This document shows, one piece after another, positions 29,255-37,176 of a stretch of DNA of 64,000 nt. The DNA comes from Prevotella sp. UBA6994. Lineage in GTDB: Bacteria > Bacteroidota > Bacteroidia > Bacteroidales > Bacteroidaceae. The translations under genes and the position numbers were made by a program. The notes under the pieces are model-generated. The model made no database searches and had not been told where the DNA came from. It saw only the letters and a program-made list of their open reading frames with translations. The DNA lies in assembly GCA_002449845.1 (NCBI GenBank), contig DJXW01000019.1, positions 21,174-85,173 of the forward strand, written 5' to 3'. How positions within the stretch are numbered: position 1 is the first letter of the stretch; the number at the start of each line of letters is the position of its first letter.

Positions 29255-29297
29255 GGATGCAAGAGTTACTGGTTTTTCCCCAATAACTCTTGCATCC
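29255..29297. terminator. 14-bp perfect-stem hairpin spanning the uvrB stop codon
   Basis: GGATGCAAGAGTTA (29255-29268) pairs with TAACTCTTGCATCC (29284-29297). The right arm encodes uvrB residues RMQEL, and the left arm contains the uvrB stop. Confidence 0.5.
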
Positions 29298-31311
29298 TTA
29301 CAATTTCATCACGATATTGTGCTGCTTGCAGGAAGTCGAGAGATTTGGCTGCTTGTTTCATCGACTCGGTAAGTTGTTCGATACGCTTTTCTATTTGTGC
29401 CTTACTCATTCTCTTCTCTATCGGGTCTGCGGCAATACCCACGTCCTTGCCATTGGCAACGTATGGACCATACGAGCGTTGCAACTCGCGTTGGTCAGGA
29501 GTGAGTTGGTCTTTTGAAGACATCAGCGTATTGTTGATGGCTTTCACTATCTGCTTGGGTGTGATGTGATGGTCTTCGTTGTATTTTAATTGGATAGAAC
29601 GTCGGCGATTGGTCTCGTCAATGGTTTTCTGCATACTTTCCGTAATGGTGTCTGCATACATGATAACCTTTCCATTCACGTTTCTTGCAGCTCTTCCCGC
29701 TGTCTGTGTCAAGCTGCGATGACTTCTTAGGAATCCCTCTTTGTCTGCGTCGAGAATGGCTACAAGTGACACCTCTGGTAAATCAAGTCCCTCTCGCAAA
29801 AGGTTTACACCCACCAATACGTTGAACTCACCCGAACGCAAGCCATTCATGATTTTCAATCTGTCAAGGGTAGCCACGTCACTATGTATGTAGTTGGCTC
29901 GAATGTCGTGATTCAACAAGTATTCGGTCAGTTCTTCTGCCATGCGCTTGGTTAGTGTAGTAACCAACACCCTTTCGTCATGATGAATCCTTGTAATAAT
30001 CTCATCCATCAAGTCGTCTATCTGGTTCTCGCTTGGGCGCACTTCTATTTCTGGGTCGAGTAGTCCTGTTGGTCTGATGAGTTGCTCAACCACCACTCCT
30101 TCCGATTCCATCAACTCATAATCTGCTGGTGTTGCAGATACGTAAATCACTTGGTTGATCATCTCGTGAAACTCCTCGAAGCGTAGAGGGCGGTTGTCAA
30201 AGGCGGCTGGCAGACGGAAACCATATTCCACAAGGTTTTGCTTGCGTGCTCGGTCGCCGCCAAACATGGCATTGAGTTGTGGAATGCTCACGTGGCTCTC
30301 GTCTATCACCATCAGATAATCCTTGGGGAAGAAGTCGAGCAGGCAATAGGGGCGTTGTCCAGGTTCACGTCCGTCGAAATAGCGTGAATAGTTCTCTATG
30401 CCCGAACAGTGTCCTAATTCCTTGATCATTTCCATGTCATATTCCACCCTTTCCTTGATACGCTGCGCCTTGATGGAATCACCAAGCTCATTGAAGAAGT
30501 CGATTTGCTTGACCAAATCATCTTGGATATTGCGGATAGCTATGTGAGTTTGTTCTGGCGAAGTGACAAACAAGTTGGCAGGGTAGATTTGGTATTCTTC
30601 AAATGACATCAGATGGTGTGAATCCAATGGGTCTATTTCCTCTATTTCGTCTATCTCGTCATCCCACCACGTCACACGTAGCGCATGGTCACTATACGCC
30701 ATGAAAATATCTACGTGATCGCCTTTCACACGAAAGTTTCCACGTTCCATTTCAATGTCGTTGCGTACATATAAGGCATCTATCAATTTCCGTAAGAAGA
30801 GATTGCGGTCTATCCTTTGTCCTTTCTTGATGGAAATCACACTGTTTTCCATTGCGGTAGGTCCTCCCATACCATAGATACACGATACGGAAGACACCAC
30901 CACGACATCTTGCCTGCCAGACAACAACGATGATACGGCAGAGAGTCGCAGCCTGTCAATGTCGTCATTGATGGCAAGGTCTTTCTCTATGTATGTATCG
31001 GTGGTGGGAAGGTAAGCTTCCGGTTGGTAATAGTCATAGTATGACACATAATACTCCACGGCATTGTTGGGGAAGAATCCCTTCATCTCCTCATACAACT
31101 GTGCCGCAAGCGTTTTGTTATGACTCAGAATGAGCGTTGGTTTCTTGATTCTCTCTATCACGTTGGCAATGGTAAAGGTCTTGCCCGACCCCGTTACGCC
31201 TAACAATACTTGTGCCTTGTCACCACGAAGAATACCCTCGGCGAGTTGTTGTATAGCCTCTGGTTGGTCGCCTGTTGGCTTATATTGAGAAGTAAGTTTA
31301 AAATCCATCAT
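29266..31311 (-). CDS. uvrB: Excinuclease ABC subunit B
   Basis: FKLTSQYKPTGDQPEAIQQL, GVTGSGKT, DESH, helicase motifs, and the C-terminal UVR domain. Start chosen at 31311 (MMDFKL), which matches homolog N-termini. The track start at 31356 adds 15 aa. Confidence 0.95.
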   Translation of the reverse strand: MMDFKLTSQYKPTGDQPEAIQQLAEGILRGDKAQVLLGVTGSGKTFTIANVIERIKKPTLILSHNKTLAAQLYEEMKGFFPNNAVEYYVSYYDYYQPEAYLPTTDTYIEKDLAINDDIDRLRLSAVSSLLSGRQDVVVVSSVSCIYGMGGPTAMENSVISIKKGQRIDRNLFLRKLIDALYVRNDIEMERGNFRVKGDHVDIFMAYSDHALRVTWWDDEIDEIEEIDPLDSHHLMSFEEYQIYPANLFVTSPEQTHIAIRNIQDDLVKQIDFFNELGDSIKAQRIKERVEYDMEMIKELGHCSGIENYSRYFDGREPGQRPYCLLDFFPKDYLMVIDESHVSIPQLNAMFGGDRARKQNLVEYGFRLPAAFDNRPLRFEEFHEMINQVIYVSATPADYELMESEGVVVEQLIRPTGLLDPEIEVRPSENQIDDLMDEIITRIHHDERVLVTTLTKRMAEELTEYLLNHDIRANYIHSDVATLDRLKIMNGLRSGEFNVLVGVNLLREGLDLPEVSLVAILDADKEGFLRSHRSLTQTAGRAARNVNGKVIMYADTITESMQKTIDETNRRRSIQLKYNEDHHITPKQIVKAINNTLMSSKDQLTPDQRELQRSYGPYVANGKDVGIAADPIEKRMSKAQIEKRIEQLTESMKQAAKSLDFLQAAQYRDEIVRMQELLGKNQ

Positions 31312-31465
31312 TTTGCAAAGATAGTCATTTTTACGATAACCAATCCTATTTTTCATGTAATAAACGTTATAAAACGGTCGTATTTTTCCAAAATTCTATT
31401 AAATGCTTTGCAAATCAGCGGAATATTGTGTAATTTTGCACGGCTTAGGCTTTAAGGATTGTAAT

Positions 31466-32293
31466 ATGAAAAAATCTCTTTCCATCGCAATATTGTTTGT
31501 ACTGTTGTTGTCTGGTTGTGCCAATGAGTTCAACAAGGTGTACAAATCGGATAATTATATGTACAAATACGAGTATGCTAAGGAATGTTATGCTCGTGGC
31601 AAATACTCCCGTTGTGCGCTTTTGTTGCAAGAGTTGGTAACGATGATGAAGGGTACCGATAATGCACAGGAATGTTTGTATATGCTGGGAATGTCAGAGT
31701 ATATGGCAAAAGACTATGAAACGGCGGCTGAGTATTTCAAGAAATACGCCACTTCTTATCCTCATGGCACTTATACCGAAACGGCACGGTATTATGTGGG
31801 CAGAAGTCTTTATATGAGTACACCAGAACCTCGCTTGGACCAAACGCCTACGATTGCCGCCATTACCGCTTACCAGACATTCCTGGATATGTATCCTGAT
31901 TCTGAGTTGAAGCCTATGGCACAGAAACACCTGTTCGAGTTGCAGGACAAACTGGTGCAGAAAGAATTGGCTTCAGCGCAGTTGTATTTCAACTTAGGTA
32001 CGTATTTCGGCAATTGCAATACCAATGGCGAGAGCAATTACCTTTCGTGCATCATCACAGCCGAGAATGCGTTGAAAGACTTCCCTTACTCTTCCTTGCG
32101 AGAAGACTTTGCCGTGCTGCTGATGAAGAGCAAGTTTGAACTTGCCCAAAACAGCGTGGAGTCGAAACGTTTGGAGCGTTATCAGGATGCTGAGGACGAA
32201 TGCTACGGATTCATCAACGAGTATCCCGATTCCAAATATAAGGAAACGGCTGAGAAGTTTATCGAACGTTGCAAGCAGTTCACGAAGGAGTGA
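31466..32293 (+). CDS. bamD: Outer membrane protein assembly factor BamD
   Basis: Lipoprotein signal MKKSLSIAILFVLLLSGC and TPR-like repeats (YEYAKECYARGKYSRCALLL..., YMAKDYETAAEYFKKY). A TAATTTTG box lies at about 31428-31435. Followed by rpoZ, as in other Bacteroidales. Confidence 0.85.
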   Translation: MKKSLSIAILFVLLLSGCANEFNKVYKSDNYMYKYEYAKECYARGKYSRCALLLQELVTMMKGTDNAQECLYMLGMSEYMAKDYETAAEYFKKYATSYPHGTYTETARYYVGRSLYMSTPEPRLDQTPTIAAITAYQTFLDMYPDSELKPMAQKHLFELQDKLVQKELASAQLYFNLGTYFGNCNTNGESNYLSCIITAENALKDFPYSSLREDFAVLLMKSKFELAQNSVESKRLERYQDAEDECYGFINEYPDSKYKETAEKFIERCKQFTKE

Positions 32294-32339
32294 ACAATAC
32301 TTTCCCTTTTTCTTCAGACAAAATATAAACCAAAAATAT

Positions 32340-32672
32340 ATGGACTATAAAAAATCAAAAGCATCTGTCAATACGGTAACACGCAACATCATGGATTTGT
32401 GTGAGGAGACTGGCAACATCTACGAGAGTGTAGCCATCATTGCAAAACGTGCCAACCAAATCTCAGTGGAAATCAAGCAAGACCTGACGAAGAAATTGGC
32501 TGAGTTTGCTTCATACAACGACTCTTTGGAAGAGGTGTTTGAAAACCGTGAACAGATAGAGATTTCTCGTTACTACGAGAAGTTGCCAAAACCAACATTG
32601 TTGGCAACAGAGGAGTTCGTTCAGGGTAATGTGTATTATCGCGACCCATCCAAGGAACAAGCTGATGCGTAA
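32340..32672 (+). CDS. rpoZ: DNA-directed RNA polymerase subunit omega (Bacteroidota type)
   Basis: MDYKKSK...NIYESVAIIAKRANQISVEIKQ...EVFENREQIEISRYYEKLPKPTLLATEEF. Start at the ATG at 32340 inside the longer track ORF. Confidence 0.8.
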   Translation: MDYKKSKASVNTVTRNIMDLCEETGNIYESVAIIAKRANQISVEIKQDLTKKLAEFASYNDSLEEVFENREQIEISRYYEKLPKPTLLATEEFVQGNVYYRDPSKEQADA

Positions 32673-32677
32673 TTGTT

Positions 32678-33133
32678 ATGTGGCAACGTAAACAAACAAT
32701 TTATCTTATCGCAGCACTGATATTCACGGTGCTGTGTCTTTGTTTCCCCATCCTCTCGGTAGAACCCAAGGGAATGGGAGTGAGTGCGGTATTATACAAC
32801 TTGATCTATATTGACGGTGACGGTGGCATCAGCTATGGCAAAGCGTTGCTCTTTGCCTTCTTGTTGGTTACTTGCCCATTGGCTTTGATGGCTGTTTTCT
32901 CGTTCAAGGATCGTAAACTCCAAGCCAAATTGTGTACATGGTGTATGATACTTCTTTTGGCGTGGTATGTTTACTTGGCTTTCTGCGTCATCAATGAGTT
33001 TATGGTGGCTGGTACGCCTCACTTCGAGTTTTCCGTTTGCTTCCCTCTTATCTCTGTTATCTTTTATTATATGGCAAGGAGAGGTATCATCGCAGATGAG
33101 AAACTGGTGAGGTCTATGGACAGAATCAGGTAA
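32678..33133 (+). CDS. DUF4293-like integral membrane protein
   Basis: 151 aa with four hydrophobic helices. The N-terminus WQRKQTIYLIAALIFTVLCLCFP resembles DUF4293 proteins that follow rpoZ in Bacteroidales (from memory). Confidence 0.7.
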   Translation: MWQRKQTIYLIAALIFTVLCLCFPILSVEPKGMGVSAVLYNLIYIDGDGGISYGKALLFAFLLVTCPLALMAVFSFKDRKLQAKLCTWCMILLLAWYVYLAFCVINEFMVAGTPHFEFSVCFPLISVIFYYMARRGIIADEKLVRSMDRIR

Positions 33134-33188
33134 GATATTAACAATATATATTTACACCCGCAACTTACGAAAGTTGAATATATTCATC

Positions 33189-33226
33189 AAAAAAGGCTGA
33201 TTGGAACAAACCAACCAGCCTTTTTC
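33189..33226. terminator. Bidirectional terminator
   Basis: AAAAAA-GGCTGATTGG-aacaaa-CCAACCAGCC-TTTTT between convergent genes. Confidence 0.65.
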
Positions 33227-33247
33227 TATGTCATTTGTTTTGTTGAA

Positions 33248-33943
33248 TTACAAACCTAATCCTTTCTTTACGGCAGCAGCACCTTTATCAACAGCTTCAC
33301 CAGCCTTTTCCTTGGCATTGTTTACAGCTTCGTTTGCCTTGTCAACAGTAGCAGCCTTGGCATTCTCTACAGTCTCGTTGGCTTTGTCAACAACTGCGTC
33401 TTTAGCATTCTCTACAGCTTCCTTTGCTCCATCAACAGCCTCAGCTGCTGCGTCTGTGGCAGCATCAACAGCCTTGTCAGCAGTAGTAGAAACCAAGCTT
33501 GATGCGTCAATACCCAAAGCCTTCAATGCGTCGTTTGCACCGATGAGCTTCTCTACAGACTCTGTTGGGATGTTGGCAATGTTGTCAACCAAACCACTCA
33601 CTACGGCATTCTTGCCAGCAAAAGCCTTAATGGCATCAGCATTGTCCTTCAAGAAGGTCTGAACCTTTGCCAAATACGTTTGTGCTATTTCAGGATTCTT
33701 GGCGATGTATTCAGCCACTTTTGCCTTAATCGTCTCAAGAGCACCTTGGAAAGCGGTGAGGTCTTTGTTCTGAAGCAAGCTGCCTAAGTTGCTTACCATC
33801 TCGTCAGCGGCGGTAGTAGCTTCTTCGGTCAGTACAGCGAGAGTGTCAACTTGTTCCTCTACGGGAGCAGCGGTCTTGTTACCAGTGCAGCTTGTGATAG
33901 TCATGGCTGCAGCTGCGATTGCCATCATGAAGATTTTTTTCAT
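33248..33943 (-). CDS. Ala/Lys/Glu-rich lipoprotein with LEA/apolipoprotein-like helical repeats
   Basis: Lipobox MTITSC. Repeats such as DKANETVENAKAATVDKANEAVNNAKEKAGEAVDKGAAAVKKG. Confidence 0.75.
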   Translation of the reverse strand: MKKIFMMAIAAAAMTITSCTGNKTAAPVEEQVDTLAVLTEEATTAADEMVSNLGSLLQNKDLTAFQGALETIKAKVAEYIAKNPEIAQTYLAKVQTFLKDNADAIKAFAGKNAVVSGLVDNIANIPTESVEKLIGANDALKALGIDASSLVSTTADKAVDAATDAAAEAVDGAKEAVENAKDAVVDKANETVENAKAATVDKANEAVNNAKEKAGEAVDKGAAAVKKGLGL

Positions 33944-34065
33944 AACTTTCTTTGATTTTAATTGTTAATAAATAATCTTTGTTTTGTAAAACATCGCAAA
34001 TATACGCTAATTTGATATTGGTTATCATTTTTGTTTGCAAGTTTTAACTAAAGAATGGTGAAAAA

Positions 34066-34733
34066 TTACTTCACGAACACTTTCTTTCCACGATGGATAT
34101 AGATACCTTTTGTCGTAGGCTTGTCTATGCGGACTCCTTGCAGGGTGTACCAGGCATCATCCTTCTCAGCCAGTGATTCGCTTTCAAGGTTGTTGATGTT
34201 TGTCACCTCATCCATGAATGCAGTCTTGGCACCTGACGGACTCGTGAGCGTTCCGTACAATTTGATGTTGGCAAAACCTATCTGTTTGGTGCTTCCCAGT
34301 GCATAGACATTGAAGGTGAGCTTGTGACCTTTCTTCGTGTCGCCTGGATTCACGCTATATGTATGGTGTATTGAGGTGTGGCATTGTTTCGTGTAGGACG
34401 AAGCTTTTCTGCAATCTTGTTGCCAGCCCAACTCACGTCGATATATCCACCGTCTGTTCCGATGCGTGTGGCAATAAACTCAATCTTGTTGATGGCAAGC
34501 TCATAACCGTTGATAGGTGTCACGCTGAATGACAGTTTGTTGTTGTCGTCTGCCACGGGATTGTTACCTACCGTTACGCCTATGCAAGTCTCACTCAGAT
34601 CGTTCAACGTTCTTATTCCACTATAGGTCAGTCCTGAGCCGATGGAAACGCTGGTGCTTACCTTTCCTGTCAAGTCATTTCCTACTATTGCCTTTTGCTT
34701 GTGGATTGATATGAAAACAGGAGGGAGCATCAC
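34066..34733 (-). pseudogene. Remnant of a T9SS-sorted surface protein gene (5' truncated, frameshifted)
   Basis: Two overlapping minus-strand ORFs (34350..34733 and 34066..34431) in different frames join into one sensible protein. There is no signal peptide. The C-terminus WYTLQGVRIDKPTTKGIYIHRGKKVFVK is a T9SS type A CTD-like tail. Confidence 0.7.
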
Positions 34734-34823
34734 TGCTACCTCCTGTATGTCCCCAGGGTGAATATAATCTAACTATTTTTATACAATAACTATATTATTG
34801 CCATTTCTAAAACCTTTCCCTTT

Positions 34824-35321
34824 CTATTTGAATACGTTTTGTTTGATGAGTTGCTGGATGTCGGAAGGCATTTCTTTCGTCTTGCAGCAATCCACGATGT
34901 ACTTCACCACCTTGTCGGGTAGGGTAGTTGCTTTCTTCCAAATGTCATGGCGATTCATCCAACGACCCTTGAATGTGTTCTTGTCTAACAGCACCATGTC
35001 TCCGTCTTTCACCGAACGTCCCATCTCCGTATATACACCATTCTTGAAGGTATATGTTCCATACTCGTGGGGCATTACTACCACTTTTCCTGTCTTGGTT
35101 AGGGCTAACTGTGCGCAAGCATATTCGCCATCGGCACCATAGTACTTAAACTGGCTGTAGCCACTCTCCTTACCACATACTGTTTTCTTTTCGCCCTCAA
35201 ATTGCATCGATTGCATCAACCATGCCCCATGCAGTTCCTTGTCTGCCACCTTGGTTGTTTGGGCTTCTACTTGCAGCGCACTCATGAGTACTACTGCCAT
35301 CACTAACATTACTCTTTTCAT
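34824..35321 (-). CDS. Secreted lipocalin-like (DUF4488-type) protein
   Basis: Signal peptide MKRVMLVMAVVLMSALQVEAQ. The block LHGAWLMQSMQFEG...YKYYGADGEYAC...GTYTFKNGVYTE resembles the periplasmic domain of the neighbouring regulator. Confidence 0.75.
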   Translation of the reverse strand: MKRVMLVMAVVLMSALQVEAQTTKVADKELHGAWLMQSMQFEGEKKTVCGKESGYSQFKYYGADGEYACAQLALTKTGKVVVMPHEYGTYTFKNGVYTEMGRSVKDGDMVLLDKNTFKGRWMNRHDIWKKATTLPDKVVKYIVDCCKTKEMPSDIQQLIKQNVFK

Positions 35322-35476
35322 AAGCTTTACGTTTTAAATAGATTTAACTTTGATGGAATCAGCTCCATGATGTCGGTTGCAAAGATAGGGATGATTTGCG
35401 CTGTATCCAAGAGTTTTCTTTTGCATTTCTTTTGCATTTGCAGATGCAAACAAATTGCAAAGTGCTCATATTGTGG

Positions 35477-36529
35477 TTAAACTCCGATGGAAAGGATGAA
35501 ATCGTCCCATTCCTTGGTGCTTCCCTTTCGCCCGAAAACTTTCTTGTATAATCTGCTGCGTACCGTACTGATGGTACTCGTGTCTCTTATCAGTACGTTG
35601 GCAATGTCCTTGGGTGGTATGTGTAGCTTGATGAGCAAACAGGTTTGGTATTCCAGTTCCGACATGTGGTGTAATCCTCTCAACTGACTTGTGAAGCCTG
35701 GATAAACCGTTTTGAGCATCTGCTCTACGTCAGTCCATTCTTCTTTTGTCAATGGCTGTCCGTTTGTAATGCGTTCATATAGGTTGTTATACTCGTCAGA
35801 GGCGAAAAATTGCTTTTCGTCTGCCATGATTGCTTGTTTGACGTGCTGCGAGCGTTTTTCGTGTTCTTCCTGTATCTGTTGCAGTTGTAGTCGTAATCGT
35901 TGTCTGCTTTTACGACTGGTTACAACATAGTGGATGGCTACCAATATGATGAGGCAAATAGCGTAGGTCAACCAATGGATCGTTTTCTGTTGTTGCCTTT
36001 CCTTGGCGGAGAGCACGTATGTCTGTGGAGTGTCGAGGCCAGCCTTTTTCATTTCGTCTGCAATGATGTAGCGCAATTCCTGCCCCCATTCAACGTCAAT
36101 GTCATTGGCACGTTTCCATGTGTACAGTACACCAATATGTTGGATGGTCATGGCTGTGTCTCCGGAGAGGGTAAGGGGATGTGGGTCGCCATCCTCAAAG
36201 TAAAGCATTTCGCCGCCACCTTTGTTAATCAATGTCGTTTGTATCATGGATGTGGGCATGATGACTAACCCCCTGTCTGTTGTCTTGAGTTTGCACTGGT
36301 AGTACATGCTGTCTTCGCCATAGATGCGGCAATAAGTATTTTTGTCTTTTAGGAAGTTGTCGTACACTTCACCAGCAGGATATTCTACCTTTTGCAATAA
36401 CCATGTACCTTGCAGGCAAAACTTCCGTTCTTTTCCCGTGTTCTTCATGCAACCCGATAACAGGAGAACCATGAAGCTTATCATGAATAGATTCTTCATC
36501 ATTCCAGTTTTTGAGGACAAAGGTATCAT
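35477..36529 (-). CDS. Membrane-anchored LuxR-type HTH regulator with N-terminal lipoprotein/lipocalin-like sensor domain
   Basis: Lipobox LLLSGC, lipocalin-like LQGTWLLQKVEYPAG...YCRIYGEDSMYYQC, TM WLTYAICLIILVAIHYVVT, and C-terminal HTH LSELEYQTCLLIKLHIPPKDIANVLIRDTSTISTVRSRLYKK. An alternative start lies at 36502. Confidence 0.8.
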   Translation of the reverse strand: MIPLSSKTGMMKNLFMISFMVLLLSGCMKNTGKERKFCLQGTWLLQKVEYPAGEVYDNFLKDKNTYCRIYGEDSMYYQCKLKTTDRGLVIMPTSMIQTTLINKGGGEMLYFEDGDPHPLTLSGDTAMTIQHIGVLYTWKRANDIDVEWGQELRYIIADEMKKAGLDTPQTYVLSAKERQQQKTIHWLTYAICLIILVAIHYVVTSRKSRQRLRLQLQQIQEEHEKRSQHVKQAIMADEKQFFASDEYNNLYERITNGQPLTKEEWTDVEQMLKTVYPGFTSQLRGLHHMSELEYQTCLLIKLHIPPKDIANVLIRDTSTISTVRSRLYKKVFGRKGSTKEWDDFILSIGV

Positions 36530-36650
36530 TTTTCAACAGAAAAGCCAAGTTTTGCGGTTTGCAATTTGTTTGCATTCACCTAATCTCTATCCATACTCCT
36601 TCTTCCCCGTCTATGGTTTCCACGATATTGTCATTCACCAAGTCAGCATA

Positions 36651-36720
36651 TCTCTTGTCTCTAGCTTCTTGCCTCTAGCTTCTTGCCTCTTGCTTCTTGC
36701 TTCTTATTATCTTGCTTCTA
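36651..36720. repeat. Heptanucleotide tandem array (CTTCTTG/CCTCTWG family, about 10 units)
   Basis: tctcttg tctctag cttcttg cctctag cttcttg cctcttg cttcttg cttctta ... Confidence 0.9.
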
Positions 36721-36752
36721 AATATGTCTTATAAATTCGCAATTTACCCCTT

Positions 36753-37086
36753 AAAATACGGGCATTTTTTCAACTGAGTTGGAACTCGGTCGAAAAAATG
36801 CCTGTATTTAGGTGGTTTGATAAACTATTCATTATCAGTCTTTTAGGAATTTTTGAGGTTTGTAATTTGAGTAAAAATTCATGTTTTTGCTTCAAAAAAG
36901 GCACTTTTTGGGCTTTCGTAACATATATAGTTAGCACTCGTAACATACATAGTTACGCTCATAACTCATATAGTTACGTGCGTAACATATTATGTTACGA
37001 TGAAAAACATGGTTTTTTGCCCGTTTTAACGCATTTTTCTGCTCTTACAATTCTATTTGGCAAGAAACTTCAAACATGTTTTTGTC
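36753..37086 (+). repeat. Noncoding repeat element, copy A (homologous to 51634-51946)
   Basis: Hand alignment to copy B. Shared parts are AAAATACGGGCATTTTTTCAA..GAGTT.GAACTC..AAAAATGC, TTCAAAAA.G..ACTTTTT, the GTAAC-N7-GTTAC palindrome array, TGAAAAACA, GCTCT..TTCT..GGCA..AAA.TTCAAACA..TTTTTGTC. ORFs are not conserved between copies. Confidence 0.85.
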
Positions 37087-37120
37087 GGAATAATTCTGAA
37101 TATATAATCGGCAAATCATA

Positions 37121-37176
37121 TCTCTTGCTTCATGCCTCCTGCTTCTTACCTCTTGCTTCTTACCTCTTGCTTCTCA
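37121..37176. repeat. Heptanucleotide tandem array (CTTCTTA/CCTCTTG family, 8 units) abutting the feoB stop codon
   Basis: tctcttg cttcatg cctcctg cttctta cctcttg cttctta cctcttg cttctca. Confidence 0.9.

Noticed and set aside
33201-33662. 153-aa Ala/Ser/Thr-rich plus-strand ORF.
   Set aside because: It is the mirror image of the Ala/Lys-rich lipoprotein gene on the minus strand, which has a proper lipobox.
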